Shown one piece after another: positions 51,170-61,578 of a stretch of DNA of 64,000 nt. The position numbers and the translations under genes are program-made. A model generated the notes under the pieces. The model did not search any database. It was given only the letters and a program-made list of their open reading frames with translations, and was not told the origin of the DNA. The stretch lies in the NCBI GenBank assembly GCA_965277405.1, contig OZ255726.1, positions 384,001 to 448,000 on the forward strand, written 5' to 3'. Numbering within the stretch: position 1 is the stretch's first letter; every line of letters begins with the position of its first letter. The DNA comes from Gammaproteobacteria bacterium. Lineage in GTDB: Bacteria; Pseudomonadota; Gammaproteobacteria; G965277405.

Positions 51170-51793
51170 CGCTGACAGTGTTGCGAAGAACTTCGCGATT
51201 TTATTGCTGTCTTTAACACCTTTTGCTGCCTCTACGCCGCTGCTAACATCGAGTGCGTAAGGCTGCGTTGTCACAATCGATTCGGCAACAATATCTGCGT
51301 TAATCCCACCAGCAAGCACCAACAACTTGTTGCGATCAGGCGGAATAACAGACCAATTTGCCTGCCTGCCCGTGCCGCCACGTTCGACTGGCGCGTAGGC
51401 ATCAACGAGTAAAGCAGCCGCGCTTTGATATTGTTGCTCGGCAATATTCCAGTCATCTAGGTGATGCAGGCTGACGCCTTTAAAATAACGCATCTTGAAC
51501 TGTTGGCAAAAATCTTCAGTTTCATCACCATGAAACTGCAATGTATCAATAGCGTGGCTTTGTATTGCTGCTTTGACTTGGGCAACACTTGGGTTCACGA
51601 AGACCCCGACTGTGCTTATAAATGGCGGTATATTCCGCGTAATAAGCGCTGCTTGCTGTGCTGGAATATAGCGTGCGCTTGATTCCCACAAAACATAGCC
51701 AATGGCATCAGCTCCATGGCTAACGGCCAACTGCGCATCTGCAAGCGAGGTTATCCCGCAGATTTTAACCTTTGGTAGTCGCCGCAGCTTCAC
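51161..51793 (-). CDS. trpF: Phosphoribosylanthranilate isomerase
   Basis: VKICGIT, VGVFVN, QFHGDE, GGTG, LAGG, DVSSGVE. Confidence 0.96.
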   Translation of the reverse strand: MKLRRLPKVKICGITSLADAQLAVSHGADAIGYVLWESSARYIPAQQAALITRNIPPFISTVGVFVNPSVAQVKAAIQSHAIDTLQFHGDETEDFCQQFKMRYFKGVSLHHLDDWNIAEQQYQSAAALLVDAYAPVERGGTGRQANWSVIPPDRNKLLVLAGGINADIVAESIVTTQPYALDVSSGVEAAKGVKDSNKIAKFFATLSALI

Positions 51794-52572
51794 GTACGAA
51801 TACCGACACCGCGTTCAACTAGGAGCGTTGCTGTACAGAAAAATAGTATTGAAAACACAAACAAGATGGCAAAAGCAAAATTCAAATCAACGTCAGTAAT
51901 TCCTAAAAACCCATAGCGAAAACCGTTGACTAAATACAATATTGGGTTTGCGTATGATAGGTTGCGAAAAAACTCAGGGAGTAAATCGATTGAATAAAAC
52001 ACCCCACCCAGATACGTCAATGGTGTTAGTACAAATGTCGGTATGATTGACACATCATCAAATGTCCGGGCAAAAATCGCGTTAATTAACCCTGCCAGCG
52101 AAAACAACAACGAAGTCATCACGATAAACACGATTGTCACCACGACACTATGAATGTGGATGTTTGTAAAAAACAATGAAACGCCAGTCACTATTAACGC
52201 CACGCTCAGACCACGCAACATTCCACCAGTACAATAGCCAATAACTATGATATAGCTTGGGGTTGGAGATACCAGCAACTCTTCGTGTGAACGCTGAAAT
52301 TTTGCTCCAAAAAATGACGAGACGACATTCATATACGAGTTGGTGATTACTGCCAGCATAATCAACCCAGGGATAATATACTCGATATAAGTGACCCCAG
52401 CCATGCCACCAATTCGCGGCCCAATCAACTTACCAAAAATCAAAAAATACAACACCATCGTAATGGCTGGTGGCAGCAGTGTTTGCAGCCAAATACGGGT
52501 AATACGTTGAAATTCTTTACGACATATCGTAGCTAAGCTGCGCCAAGCTTGCTGGGTTCTTGTTGGGGTCAT
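51790..52572 (-). CDS. yadH: ABC-2 type permease (YadH-like)
   Basis: RIWLQTLLPPAIT, NVVSSFFGAKF, PLTYLGGVFYS. Confidence 0.88.
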   Translation of the reverse strand: MTPTRTQQAWRSLATICRKEFQRITRIWLQTLLPPAITMVLYFLIFGKLIGPRIGGMAGVTYIEYIIPGLIMLAVITNSYMNVVSSFFGAKFQRSHEELLVSPTPSYIIVIGYCTGGMLRGLSVALIVTGVSLFFTNIHIHSVVVTIVFIVMTSLLFSLAGLINAIFARTFDDVSIIPTFVLTPLTYLGGVFYSIDLLPEFFRNLSYANPILYLVNGFRYGFLGITDVDLNFAFAILFVFSILFFCTATLLVERGVGIRT

Positions 52573-53483
52573 TGTATTGATGTTAAATTAACAAACAATT
52601 CTTCAAGCTGCCCACTGGTTGGGGTAATGCTGGCAACTTGTATTTGATTTCTTGATAACTGGTAAAATAGCGTATTCAACGAATAATCTCTTGATGTTGT
52701 TACATGGAGCGTTGTCTCATCAAGATAGCGAACTTGTACATTGCGCAATGCTGGAGCCTGTTGCATTTGGGTGATTGTAACAATTTTATACGTTTGTCTA
52801 TCAACCGTTGTTAACAACTTCTTCATCGAGGTATCCACAATAATTTCACCAGCTTTGATAATCGCGATATTGCGGCACAGCCGCTCCGCTTCTTCTAAAT
52901 AATGTGTTGTCAAAATTATTGTTGTGCCTGATGCGTTTAATTCTTCCAAGAAATTCCACACTGAGCGTCGAATTTCTACGTCCACGCCTGCAGTTGGTTC
53001 GTCAAGGATCAAAATTTTGGGTTGATGGACGAGCGCACGCGCAATCATCAAGCGGCGTTTCATCCCTCCGGATAACTCTCCTACTACATCGTTGCGTTTG
53101 TCCCAAAGTTCCAACTGTTGCAAATAATGTTTTGCATTTGCCTGCGCTTCTTGCAGCGTTAATCCATAATATCCACCTTGCTGCACAACAACTCTAGCCG
53201 TTTTTTCAAAAACATTCAGGTTAATTTCTTGCGGGACAAAGCCGATAAGGCGCTTCGCTGCCCATGGAGCAGCATGCAAATCATGACCGAATACCTCGAC
53301 ACGCCCAGAGGTAATATTCACCAACGTGGCAACGATGCCAATTGTTGTCGACTTCCCTGCGCCATTTTTGCCAAGCAATGCAAAAAAGTCACCTTCTTTA
53401 ATTTCGAGGTTAATGCCTTTTAATGCATGGACACGGTTGTTATAGGTTTTGTGTAAGTCGTATAACCGCAACGCGTTAATCAT
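52569..53483 (-). CDS. yadG: ABC transporter ATP-binding protein (YadG-like)
   Basis: GKNGAGKS, LSGGMKRRLMIARAL, LDEPTAGVD. Confidence 0.88.
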   Translation of the reverse strand: MINALRLYDLHKTYNNRVHALKGINLEIKEGDFFALLGKNGAGKSTTIGIVATLVNITSGRVEVFGHDLHAAPWAAKRLIGFVPQEINLNVFEKTARVVVQQGGYYGLTLQEAQANAKHYLQQLELWDKRNDVVGELSGGMKRRLMIARALVHQPKILILDEPTAGVDVEIRRSVWNFLEELNASGTTIILTTHYLEEAERLCRNIAIIKAGEIIVDTSMKKLLTTVDRQTYKIVTITQMQQAPALRNVQVRYLDETTLHVTTSRDYSLNTLFYQLSRNQIQVASITPTSGQLEELFVNLTSIQ

Positions 53484-54181
53484 GGATTTGCTTCCTTGTG
53501 TTGCGTATAAATATCTTGTATTTGCCGCATATACGCAGCGTGTTGCTGCATTTCTTGTTGATTCGGCTGAATGACCTGTAGCGTGCGTTGATTGTTAGGA
53601 ATGCTGTCAAATTTATTATCCACAGTACTGCTACTTGGATTGAGCAGCAACTCCTGTTGTTCACCTGTCAACGCCAAATATACTTTCGCCAGCATCTGCG
53701 TATCAATAAGCGCACCGTGATGTTGGTCACGGAGGTTTACCATTCCTAGCTTTTTTACCACCGCGTCAAGATTAACAGCGCCTGTAAATTTTTGCTTCGC
53801 AAATATCATGGTATCGATGACACCATTGCAACACTTTTCGATCTGCTGGTATGATTCCCCCGCGTTATTTAATCGCTGTATCTCGCTGTTGAGCATTGCC
53901 AAATCAAATGGCGCATTATGGGCGACAATATCAGCATCCTTAATGAACGTAAGAAATTCTTCGATTACATCAGCAAAGATTGGTTTATTGTGTAGAAAAT
54001 CATCACTAATACCATGGACATGAAATGACCCAGGGCTAACAGGCACAGCTGGCTTTACATAGGTATGCCAAAACTTCCCGGTGATTTTTCTATTCCAAAT
54101 TTCTACCGCTGCTATTTCAATAACTTGTTCGGTTTTAGGATTCAGACCAGTCGTTTCAGTATCAAAACATACAAGACGCAT
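53480..54181 (-). CDS. dnaQ: DNA polymerase III epsilon subunit
   Basis: DTETTG, HNAPFD, HGALID, LTGEQQEL. Confidence 0.94.
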   Translation of the reverse strand: MRLVCFDTETTGLNPKTEQVIEIAAVEIWNRKITGKFWHTYVKPAVPVSPGSFHVHGISDDFLHNKPIFADVIEEFLTFIKDADIVAHNAPFDLAMLNSEIQRLNNAGESYQQIEKCCNGVIDTMIFAKQKFTGAVNLDAVVKKLGMVNLRDQHHGALIDTQMLAKVYLALTGEQQELLLNPSSSTVDNKFDSIPNNQRTLQVIQPNQQEMQQHAAYMRQIQDIYTQHKEANP

Positions 54182-54201
54182 TTAAGAACCTCAGAAGAAA
54201 C

Positions 54202-55227
54202 TTAGGACGGCCCAACCGACCGGCTGTAGGCAATGTAGTTTTCCATTGCCGCTTTTGCCGCACCGCTTGCCATGGTTTCGATTGCCAGCGCAACGCCATC
54301 TGCAATTGAAGCTGCGCGTCCTGCAACAAATAACGCTGCCCCAGCATTCAGTGCCAAAGTTGTACGTGCCGCCTGATGGGTCCCCATATAGCCGCCGTGA
54401 ATCAAGCGTAATGATTCATCAGAATTAGCAACGCGAATAGCGCTGATTGCAAATTGCGGCAAGCCATATTCACGAGGATCAATTACCATTGGGGTCGCCT
54501 TGCCATCTGCAATATACATGGCGTCAGTAGGCATATTGGAGCTTATCTCATCCATTCCATCTTGCGAGTGTACCACTAATGCCCGATGAAACTTAAGGTC
54601 AATCAGTGCTTGCGCATATGGTTCCAGCCAATGTTTGCTAAACACGCCAAGCAAGGTGTTTTTTGCACCAACTGGATTCAGCAAGGGTCCAAGTAAATTA
54701 AATATCGTGCGGATTCCAAGCGCCTGGCGCATTTTCAAAAAATTTTTCATCATCGGGTGGTGATTTGGCGCAAAGAGGAAACCAAAACCGTTGCAGTCAA
54801 TGCTGCGGGCAACATCAGCGTGACTCATTTGCATATTTACGCCAGCGTGGCGCAATAAGTCAGCAGCACCACTTGAACTCGATATTGCCCCAGCACCATG
54901 CTTTGCGACCTTGGCTCCTGCCGCGGCAGCGATAAATGCAGACCCGATAGAAACATTGAAGGTGCAGTTGCCATCGCCACCAGTGCCAACAATGTCAAGC
55001 AGCTGCGCTGCAGGAATGTTTGGCAGTACTGCTTTTGCATGATGTCGCATATGCGTTGCTGCTGCATGCAATTCACTTGCTGTTTCGCCTTTGCAGCGCA
55101 GTGCCACAAGAAACCCTGCAGCTTGCATATCATTCCAAGTACCATCCAACATCGCTGCAAACGACGCGTCCACCTCTGCTGTGGCAAGATCATGCCCTTC
55201 AATGATTTTTTCAAGCGTGGATATCAT
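54202..55227 (-). CDS. trpD: Anthranilate phosphoribosyltransferase
   Basis: DIVGTGGDG, AKHG, RTIFNLLGPLLNP, DGMDE. Confidence 0.95.
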   Translation of the reverse strand: MISTLEKIIEGHDLATAEVDASFAAMLDGTWNDMQAAGFLVALRCKGETASELHAAATHMRHHAKAVLPNIPAAQLLDIVGTGGDGNCTFNVSIGSAFIAAAAGAKVAKHGAGAISSSSGAADLLRHAGVNMQMSHADVARSIDCNGFGFLFAPNHHPMMKNFLKMRQALGIRTIFNLLGPLLNPVGAKNTLLGVFSKHWLEPYAQALIDLKFHRALVVHSQDGMDEISSNMPTDAMYIADGKATPMVIDPREYGLPQFAISAIRVANSDESLRLIHGGYMGTHQAARTTLALNAGAALFVAGRAASIADGVALAIETMASGAAKAAMENYIAYSRSVGPS

Positions 55228-55231
55228 AGTT

Positions 55232-56533
55232 TTATTGCTGTTTGAGGATATTCAAACCCACCAAAAGATTAAATGCCTCTTGTACTTGATAGTCTTCTTT
55301 GAGCAAATCATTGATAGTTTTTTTCTGAGACGAAGTTGCTAAATTCGTCGCAGCTTGTTCGTCACTGACAGCGTTACCATTATCCAAATGCCCCGCCAAA
55401 TCAGCTTCTTTAAAAGTTAAGCCTTGGTGTATTTTTTCAATTTTTGCTAAATCGACTTGTATATCAGGTGTGATGCCTTTCGCTTGAATAGATATTCCAT
55501 TGGGAGTGTAGTACAACGCTGTGGTTAATTTTATGGCAGCTTGTTGGGCAGGCAATGAAATGACAGACTGCACAGAGCCTTTGCCAAATGTTTGTGTCCC
55601 CATAATCACAGCACGTTTATGGTCAAGCAATGCTCCTGCTACAATCTCAGAAGCAGATGCACTCCCACCATTGACCAAGACAACAAGCGGTATTCCATTT
55701 GTCAAATCATCACGTTGGCTATAAAAATCACGTTTTGAACTTGCAGTCCTTCCTTTGGTAAACACCACCATTTTATTTTTTTTAAGCATCGTGTCGCTGA
55801 CTTTGATAGCCGCATCAAGTCTACCTCCTGGATTATTACGCAAATCCAAAACGAAGCCATTTAAATCACCAGCCTGGCGCAAGGCATTGATTGCATCTTG
55901 AAATTCATCATCAGTAGCAGCTTGAAAATTACTAATTCGAATGTAGCCGATGCTGCGGCCGAGTGCTTCGTAGCGCACACTCTTCATTTTGATGATATCG
56001 CGAATGATTTTGAATTGCAGCGGTTGCGCCTCGCCTTCGCGAATAATAGTCAGCACAATTGGTGTTCCAGGTTTACCACGCATCCGCTGTAGCGCTTGCT
56101 CTAATGTCATGCCTTGGACTTGATCTCCATCAAGCTCAACAATGAGATCATTTGACTGTATTCCCGCATGGAAGGCAGGCGTATCATCGATGGGTGATAC
56201 CACCCGCACGACACCACTTTTATCCATAACAATATGAATCCCCAATCCACCAAACTGCCCTTGGGTGCGAATTTGCAAGTCATTGCTTTGCTGTTGATCC
56301 AAATATCCTGAGTGCGGGTCTAACCCACTTAGCATCCCACGAATCGCATGACCGAATAGTTGTTCATCAGTGACCTTGTCAACATAACTGGCGCGAATTG
56401 TTTCAAGAATCTCAACAAATTTACGCGTTTCTTCAATCGGCAGCTTATTGCTTCCTGCTGCAAACGTTGGTGAGCTTAAACTCAAGAACAGCACGACACC
56501 TGCTGTAATACTTCGGTACGGTAATTTGTTCAT
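55232..56533 (-). CDS. ctpA: Carboxyl-terminal processing protease (S41A)
   Basis: LDPHS, PDZ FGGLGI, DLRNNPGG, SASASE, TFGKGSVQ. Confidence 0.93.
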   Translation of the reverse strand: MNKLPYRSITAGVVLFLSLSSPTFAAGSNKLPIEETRKFVEILETIRASYVDKVTDEQLFGHAIRGMLSGLDPHSGYLDQQQSNDLQIRTQGQFGGLGIHIVMDKSGVVRVVSPIDDTPAFHAGIQSNDLIVELDGDQVQGMTLEQALQRMRGKPGTPIVLTIIREGEAQPLQFKIIRDIIKMKSVRYEALGRSIGYIRISNFQAATDDEFQDAINALRQAGDLNGFVLDLRNNPGGRLDAAIKVSDTMLKKNKMVVFTKGRTASSKRDFYSQRDDLTNGIPLVVLVNGGSASASEIVAGALLDHKRAVIMGTQTFGKGSVQSVISLPAQQAAIKLTTALYYTPNGISIQAKGITPDIQVDLAKIEKIHQGLTFKEADLAGHLDNGNAVSDEQAATNLATSSQKKTINDLLKEDYQVQEAFNLLVGLNILKQQ

Positions 56534-56651
56534 GGTGTAATAAATGGATTCATAATCAAGAAGAAAAAATCAACGCATTATTATTGCTGTTCTTGCTTTA
56601 CACGCGTTGCATCTTTCAATAGTGGAGGAATTATTCTAATGTTCAATGATC

Positions 56652-57134
56652 TTACTGCATAGGATGTTGCCAATCTATCATCGTCAGCACGCCATTGCCA
56701 ACTGAAGACGATAAAATCTGCACCCATTGCGCTGATAATTCATCATCAGTAACCTTAATCGTAATATCAAAGCTGGTTGCAGTAGCGTTTTCAATAGTCA
56801 CGGCAACACTCGTATTAGCCACAACGCTGCTATTACATATTGCTTGCCAGAGTGTATTCGCATCGATACACCAGACCCCGTTCACTGCAACTTGCGTTTG
56901 AAATCTACGATGTATTGCATAGCGCATACTAGTGAAAATTTGCTCTATTTGCAGCCTGCGCGCAAAAATTGCTGCGGCCTGCTGTTCGTACTGCAACACT
57001 ATCAATACTGTCGTCATCAACAATGCCTGCACCATCCCCAGCAGGATAACCGGCACAACAATAAACCCAGCTTGGCGTTGTCCTGCATGTGTAACTTTCA
57101 TTGCGTTAGTATGATTGATGTTTTCATCAATCAT
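56652..57134 (-). CDS. Hypothetical protein with pilin-like (PilX-type) N-terminus
   Basis: RQAG|FIVVPVILLGMV followed by a hydrophobic helix. Confidence 0.4.
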   Translation of the reverse strand: MIDENINHTNAMKVTHAGQRQAGFIVVPVILLGMVQALLMTTVLIVLQYEQQAAAIFARRLQIEQIFTSMRYAIHRRFQTQVAVNGVWCIDANTLWQAICNSSVVANTSVAVTIENATATSFDITIKVTDDELSAQWVQILSSSVGNGVLTMIDWQHPMQ

Positions 57135-57267
57135 CAGCAGTCCTCAGATTGCTTAGCAATCAATGCAAAGCGCATCTATAAGCAAGCAAATTCGTTGAGT
57201 ACAGCAAGTAGCGGTTACGCCATGATATGCATTAATCCAATTGTGATGACCGTTTGCAGATACATAG

Positions 57268-57551
57268 GGAAGCTCTGATTAAGTCCATGATGGGCGAGAC
57301 GGAGAAAAAACGCTGATGATAACTAGACGCAGTGGGCAGATAATACTGGTGGTATTATCAAGTACTGCAACGACGTTAGCGCAGCGTTTTTTCCCGTCCT
57401 TCTGTTGAATATACTTTGGGTTTGCTGCAGCGGTACTTGCTGTGTTGCATCCCTTGGCGTATATGCTACGGCATACGCCTGCGGAATGCGCCTTGCAATC
57501 ATCAGCAATTGCAGGCAAACTCGCTCCATCAGCGAGTTAATCAGAGGTTCC
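57268..57551 (+). mobile_element. Complete MITE
   Basis: Both TIRs; flanks ATAG / ATCG. Confidence 0.94.
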
Positions 57552-57626
57552 ATCGTAGCTGTTATGTGCAAGACCGATAAAAACCAAGACCACACGAATG
57601 CGGCCTTAGTCAGGAGGATCGGTGTG

Positions 57627-58484
57627 CTATGCTGTTGCCATGGTGCGAATATTATTCATCGCCCGTTCTTCAATCTGACGAACCCGCTCTGCAGAAATGT
57701 TATATTTGTCGGCCAAATCGTGCAGGGTTAGTTTTTCTTCATCAGTGCGCAACCACCGTTGCACAATAATATCACGGCTGCGGTCATCAAGTTGCGCGAC
57801 TGCTGCATGCAGTTTTGTTTGCATGTGATTTTGCCAGTTGCTCTCTTCCATGTTTTGTGCAGGATCTTGAGATTGGTCTATCAGATATACTTGCGCAGGG
57901 AAGTTAGTATCATCGTTATCATCTATCAATGGATCAACGGATGTATCGACTGATGTTAGCCGGTTTTCCATTTCGCGGACGTCTTTTTCTGCAACACCCA
58001 AGTCGGATGCAATGCTGCTCACTTCGTCATTTGACAGCCAGCCCATGCCTTTTTTCTTACTGCGGAGGTTAAAGAATAATTTTCGTTGTGCTTTGGTTGT
58101 GGCAATTTTCACCATCCGCCAGTTCTTTAGCACATATTCATGAATTTCAGCTTTGATCCAATGCACCGCAAACGAAACCAAACGCACGCCCATTGTTGGA
58201 TTAAAACGTTTTACCGCTTTCATTAAACCAACATTACCTTCTTGCACTAAATCAGCCAGTGGCAGTCCATAACCGCCATAGCTACGAGCAATATGCACGA
58301 CAAAACGCAGGTGGGATAATATCAATTTGCGCGCAGAATCAACTGAATCGTTATGATAATAGTCATTGGCTATTTCTAGCTCTTGCTCTGGAGTTAAAAT
58401 TTCAATATTACGAATTGTTTGCAAATACGCGTCAAATCCGCTAGCACTTACTGCTGGTAACGTGGTGGAATATGTGGTTGCCAT
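57627..58484 (-). CDS. rpoH: RNA polymerase sigma-32
   Basis: HLRFVVHIAR, DLVQEGNVGLM, RpoH box QRKLFFNLR, SAERVRQIE. Confidence 0.97.
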   Translation of the reverse strand: MATTYSTTLPAVSASGFDAYLQTIRNIEILTPEQELEIANDYYHNDSVDSARKLILSHLRFVVHIARSYGGYGLPLADLVQEGNVGLMKAVKRFNPTMGVRLVSFAVHWIKAEIHEYVLKNWRMVKIATTKAQRKLFFNLRSKKKGMGWLSNDEVSSIASDLGVAEKDVREMENRLTSVDTSVDPLIDDNDDTNFPAQVYLIDQSQDPAQNMEESNWQNHMQTKLHAAVAQLDDRSRDIIVQRWLRTDEEKLTLHDLADKYNISAERVRQIEERAMNNIRTMATA

Positions 58485-58650
58485 GTAAAACTCTCTGTCG
58501 TTGATGCTATAATTTATTTTTTTCAGTTGGTATGCCCGTACTGCAATCCAGCCTACACAATATACGTTTTGATATAAATGATGAATTTGTTACAAGTTGT
58601 AAATGAATATTCATTATTTTTCAAGGGTAACACTATTTATCAGCCCTAGC

Positions 58651-58697
58651 GGACTCGCTGATTAAGTGGCTCCATCAGCGAGCTAGTCAGAGATTCC
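58651..58697 (+). mobile_element. 47-bp mini-MITE
   Basis: GGACTCGCTGATTAAGTGGCTCCATCAGCGAGCTAGTCAGAGATTCC-TTAG; aligns without gaps to the reverse complement of 26966-27012. Confidence 0.75.
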
Positions 58698-58757
58698 TTA
58701 GATATATAGTTTTTTTACAATTTTTTCAATAGTCCTGCATCGCATTTTAATAATTCA

Positions 58758-59345
58758 TCAATTGTTTGCTGTCGCAAGCCGTATAAAGTTTTCTAAAAGT
58801 GTATGCCCATGTTCAGAAAGAATTGATTCTGGATGAAACTGTACCCCATACATTGCCGCATCAATAACCCGCAACCCCATAACTTCATCGCGGTTATTCT
58901 CCGCATCTAAACTCCACGCAGTGACGGCAATCGAGTCTGGGATATCTGTTACAACCAGCGAATGATACCTTCCCGCGACAAATGGTGACGGAATATTTTC
59001 AAAGACATCACCGCCAAGATGTTCAATTGAAGATGCTTTACCGTGCATAATATGTTGTGCTTGGACTATCCGCGCGCCGTATGCTTGAGCAATAGCTTGC
59101 ATTCCCAAGCAAACACCCAAAATGGGGATGCTGCTGCCAAGCTCGCGCACGACATCAAGGCAAATACCAGCATCATCTGGCCGGCCAGGCCCTGGAGAAA
59201 TAACAATGCCTTGTGGTGCCATCTGCTGAATTTCAGTTATATTACACGCATCATTGCGCACTACCCGCGGTTCATGTCCAAGTTCTCCAAGATATTGCAC
59301 AAGGTTGTAGGTAAAAGAGTCGTAGTTATCTATCATTAACAACAT
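58758..59345 (-). CDS. trpG: Anthranilate synthase component II (glutamine amidotransferase; TrpG/PabA)
   Basis: IDNYDSFTYNL, SPGPG, GVCLG, RYHSL, QFHPES. Confidence 0.9.
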   Translation of the reverse strand: MLLMIDNYDSFTYNLVQYLGELGHEPRVVRNDACNITEIQQMAPQGIVISPGPGRPDDAGICLDVVRELGSSIPILGVCLGMQAIAQAYGARIVQAQHIMHGKASSIEHLGGDVFENIPSPFVAGRYHSLVVTDIPDSIAVTAWSLDAENNRDEVMGLRVIDAAMYGVQFHPESILSEHGHTLLENFIRLATANN

Positions 59346-59421
59346 TATTATGAAACCTCTAACACAGCGAATTTGTTACAAAATGGCGTGGGAATAACAC
59401 AGCAACCGCGCTATCTCCTAA

Positions 59422-59702
59422 GGAACCTCTAATTAAGTCGCTGATGGAGCGAGTTTGATGGCAATTGCTGATGATTGCAAGGCGCATTCCGCAGGCGCAT
59501 GCTGTAGCATATACGCCAAGGGATGCAACACAGCAAGTACCGCTACCATCAAACCCAAAGTATATTCAACAGAAGGACGGGAAAAACGCTGCGCTCACGT
59601 CGTTGCACTTGATAATACCACCAGTATTATCTGCGCACTGCGTCTAGTTATCATCAGCGTTTTTTCTCCGTCTCGCCCATCATGGACTTAATCAGAGCTT
59701 CC
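59422..59702 (-). mobile_element. Complete MITE abutting the IS5 element
   Basis: CTAA at 59418-59421 and 59703-59706. Confidence 0.94.
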
Positions 59703-59800
59703 CTAAGGAAGCTCTGATTAAGTCCCAAACAACAGCAATATCAGCTACAAAGATATACAATGGTGAATCTATTTGAATATTTGAATAAGCGGATAATCTT

Positions 59801-60748
59801 ATGAAACAAACAACTTTTGCCAGTGCTGCATACGACCACAAGAAAGTAACAACAAAACGTGAAAAATTCTTGCAGTCGATGGACAAATTAGCTCCATGGC
59901 AACGGTTGTTAGCGTTAATAGAACCGCATTATCCCAAGAAAGGGAATGGCCGCCCACCAATTAATATGCAGACCATGTTACGCGTTTATTGTTTACAGCA
60001 ATGGTACAACTTATCAGACCCAGGGGTAGAAGAAGCACTATATGACATGGAAAGCATGCGGCGTTTTGCCCATATAGAGCTGATAGACGATGCCATCCCT
60101 GATGAAACTACCATCTTGAACTTCCGCAGGATCATAGAAAAGCATCAACTCAGCGTCAAGATACTTGCTGTGGTGAATGAGTATTGTATGGAAAATAATA
60201 TAACAATCTCACAAGGGTCGATGGTTGATGCCACGATCATCCATGCACCATCATCTACGAAGAATAAAGAGAAAGCCCGTGATCCTGAAATGCATCAAAC
60301 AAGGAAAGGCAATCAGTGGTATTTTGGCATGAAGATTCATATAGGAACTGACGCTAATAGCAATATGATTCATAGCGCGACAGTGACAGCCGCGAATGAA
60401 GCTGACATCAATGAACTCCCAAAATTGCTGCGTGAAACAGATAAGGTTATCTTTGCCGATGCAGGATATACGAGCGACAGTTATAAACGCGGCTCGCGTC
60501 ATCTTGGGATAGATTGGCGTGTGAATGATAAACGCAAGCCAAAGCAGCAAATGAGCACCTCGCAGCGCAAACGCAATAGACAGAACTCTAAGGTGCGCGC
60601 CCGGATTGAGCACTGTTTTCGGGTAATCAAATGTCAGTTTGGTTATAAGAAAGCTCGCTACAAAGGACTAGAAAAGAACCGAGTACAAGTATTTTCTTTG
60701 CTTGCATTGACGAACTTATACATGCTTCGAGGACGACTAACAGGATAG
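59801..60748 (+). CDS. IS5-family DDE transposase
   Basis: QQWYNLSD, PDETTILNFR, VDATII, KGNQWYFGMK, DAGY, RARIEH.F..IK. Confidence 0.96.
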   Translation: MKQTTFASAAYDHKKVTTKREKFLQSMDKLAPWQRLLALIEPHYPKKGNGRPPINMQTMLRVYCLQQWYNLSDPGVEEALYDMESMRRFAHIELIDDAIPDETTILNFRRIIEKHQLSVKILAVVNEYCMENNITISQGSMVDATIIHAPSSTKNKEKARDPEMHQTRKGNQWYFGMKIHIGTDANSNMIHSATVTAANEADINELPKLLRETDKVIFADAGYTSDSYKRGSRHLGIDWRVNDKRKPKQQMSTSQRKRNRQNSKVRARIEHCFRVIKCQFGYKKARYKGLEKNRVQVFSLLALTNLYMLRGRLTG

Positions 60749-60766
60749 AACCGCCAAAAATTCAAG

Positions 60767-60796
60767 AAAAACAGTAAAAAACAGTAAAAAACAGTA
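60767..60796. repeat. (AAAAACAGTA) x3 inside the IS right arm
   Basis: Three perfect 10-bp units. Confidence 0.9.
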
Positions 60797-60974
60797 AAAC
60801 AGCAACACGAAGATCAGCGAAATGATCAAATATTGACCATTGAAAATTATTGCTATTATTTTTTTGGAGTATATGCGAGTTATTGGAGTATATGAGCGTC
60901 TTAATCAGAGCTTCCCTAAGGAACCTCTAACACATAATACTTGGCTGCATGGTAGCCGTAATCTATCGAAACAT

Positions 60975-61505
60975 ATGAGTAAAACACAACAAAAACGCGA
61001 TATGCACGCCGTACAAGAACTTGGTGAGCAACTTTTGCAATTGCCGCAGCATTGGCAATCATTACTTGATGCTAAGGCAATTGATAGCGCACTTGTCAGC
61101 CATTTTACTGAATTTAATCACATCCATGCCAAAGAAGCCCGCCGCCGTCATCTCCAATTTATTGGCAAAATACTCCGCAAGTATGACACAGACCTCATTC
61201 TTAAAACGCTATCTCAACTCGATATCAAACAAAAACGGCAAGCGGTCGGTCAGCATGAACTCCAAGAGTTGTGTGTATTACTGCTAGCAAGCAACAATGC
61301 AGGCTTTGTCGCAGCAACCACTAAGTTTCCAAACATACCGCGGCAAACGCTGCAGCAACTACTGCGGCAATCCCCAAAATATAATACAGGTCTACAGCCA
61401 TGGGCATCACAGGCAAATAAATATCATCGGAAGCTCTGGCAATTGCTTGTCGTTGAAAATCGCCACAGCGTAGCAGCCGACGAGCCAGCACAACTCGATG
61501 GCTAA
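60975..61505 (+). CDS. yjgA: Ribosome-associated protein YjgA/DarP (DUF615)
   Basis: SKTQQKRDM..VQELGEQL, EARRRHLQFIGKILR; ORF extension to 60840 runs through IS sequence. Confidence 0.85.
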   Translation: MSKTQQKRDMHAVQELGEQLLQLPQHWQSLLDAKAIDSALVSHFTEFNHIHAKEARRRHLQFIGKILRKYDTDLILKTLSQLDIKQKRQAVGQHELQELCVLLLASNNAGFVAATTKFPNIPRQTLQQLLRQSPKYNTGLQPWASQANKYHRKLWQLLVVENRHSVAADEPAQLDG

Positions 61506-61578
61506 CCATCCAGCATCGATGCGAATCACTGCATGATGGCGTTCTCTGCAAATTTATTGCGAAGCTGCAGACCCTTAG

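Larger units (their letters stand above)
59707..60915 (+). mobile_element. Intact IS5-family (IS5 subgroup) insertion sequence, 1209 bp
   Basis: IRL GGAAGCTCTGATTAAGTCC, IRR (reverse) GGAAGCTCTGATTAAGACG, CTAA duplication at 59703-59706 and 60916-60919. Confidence 0.95.
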
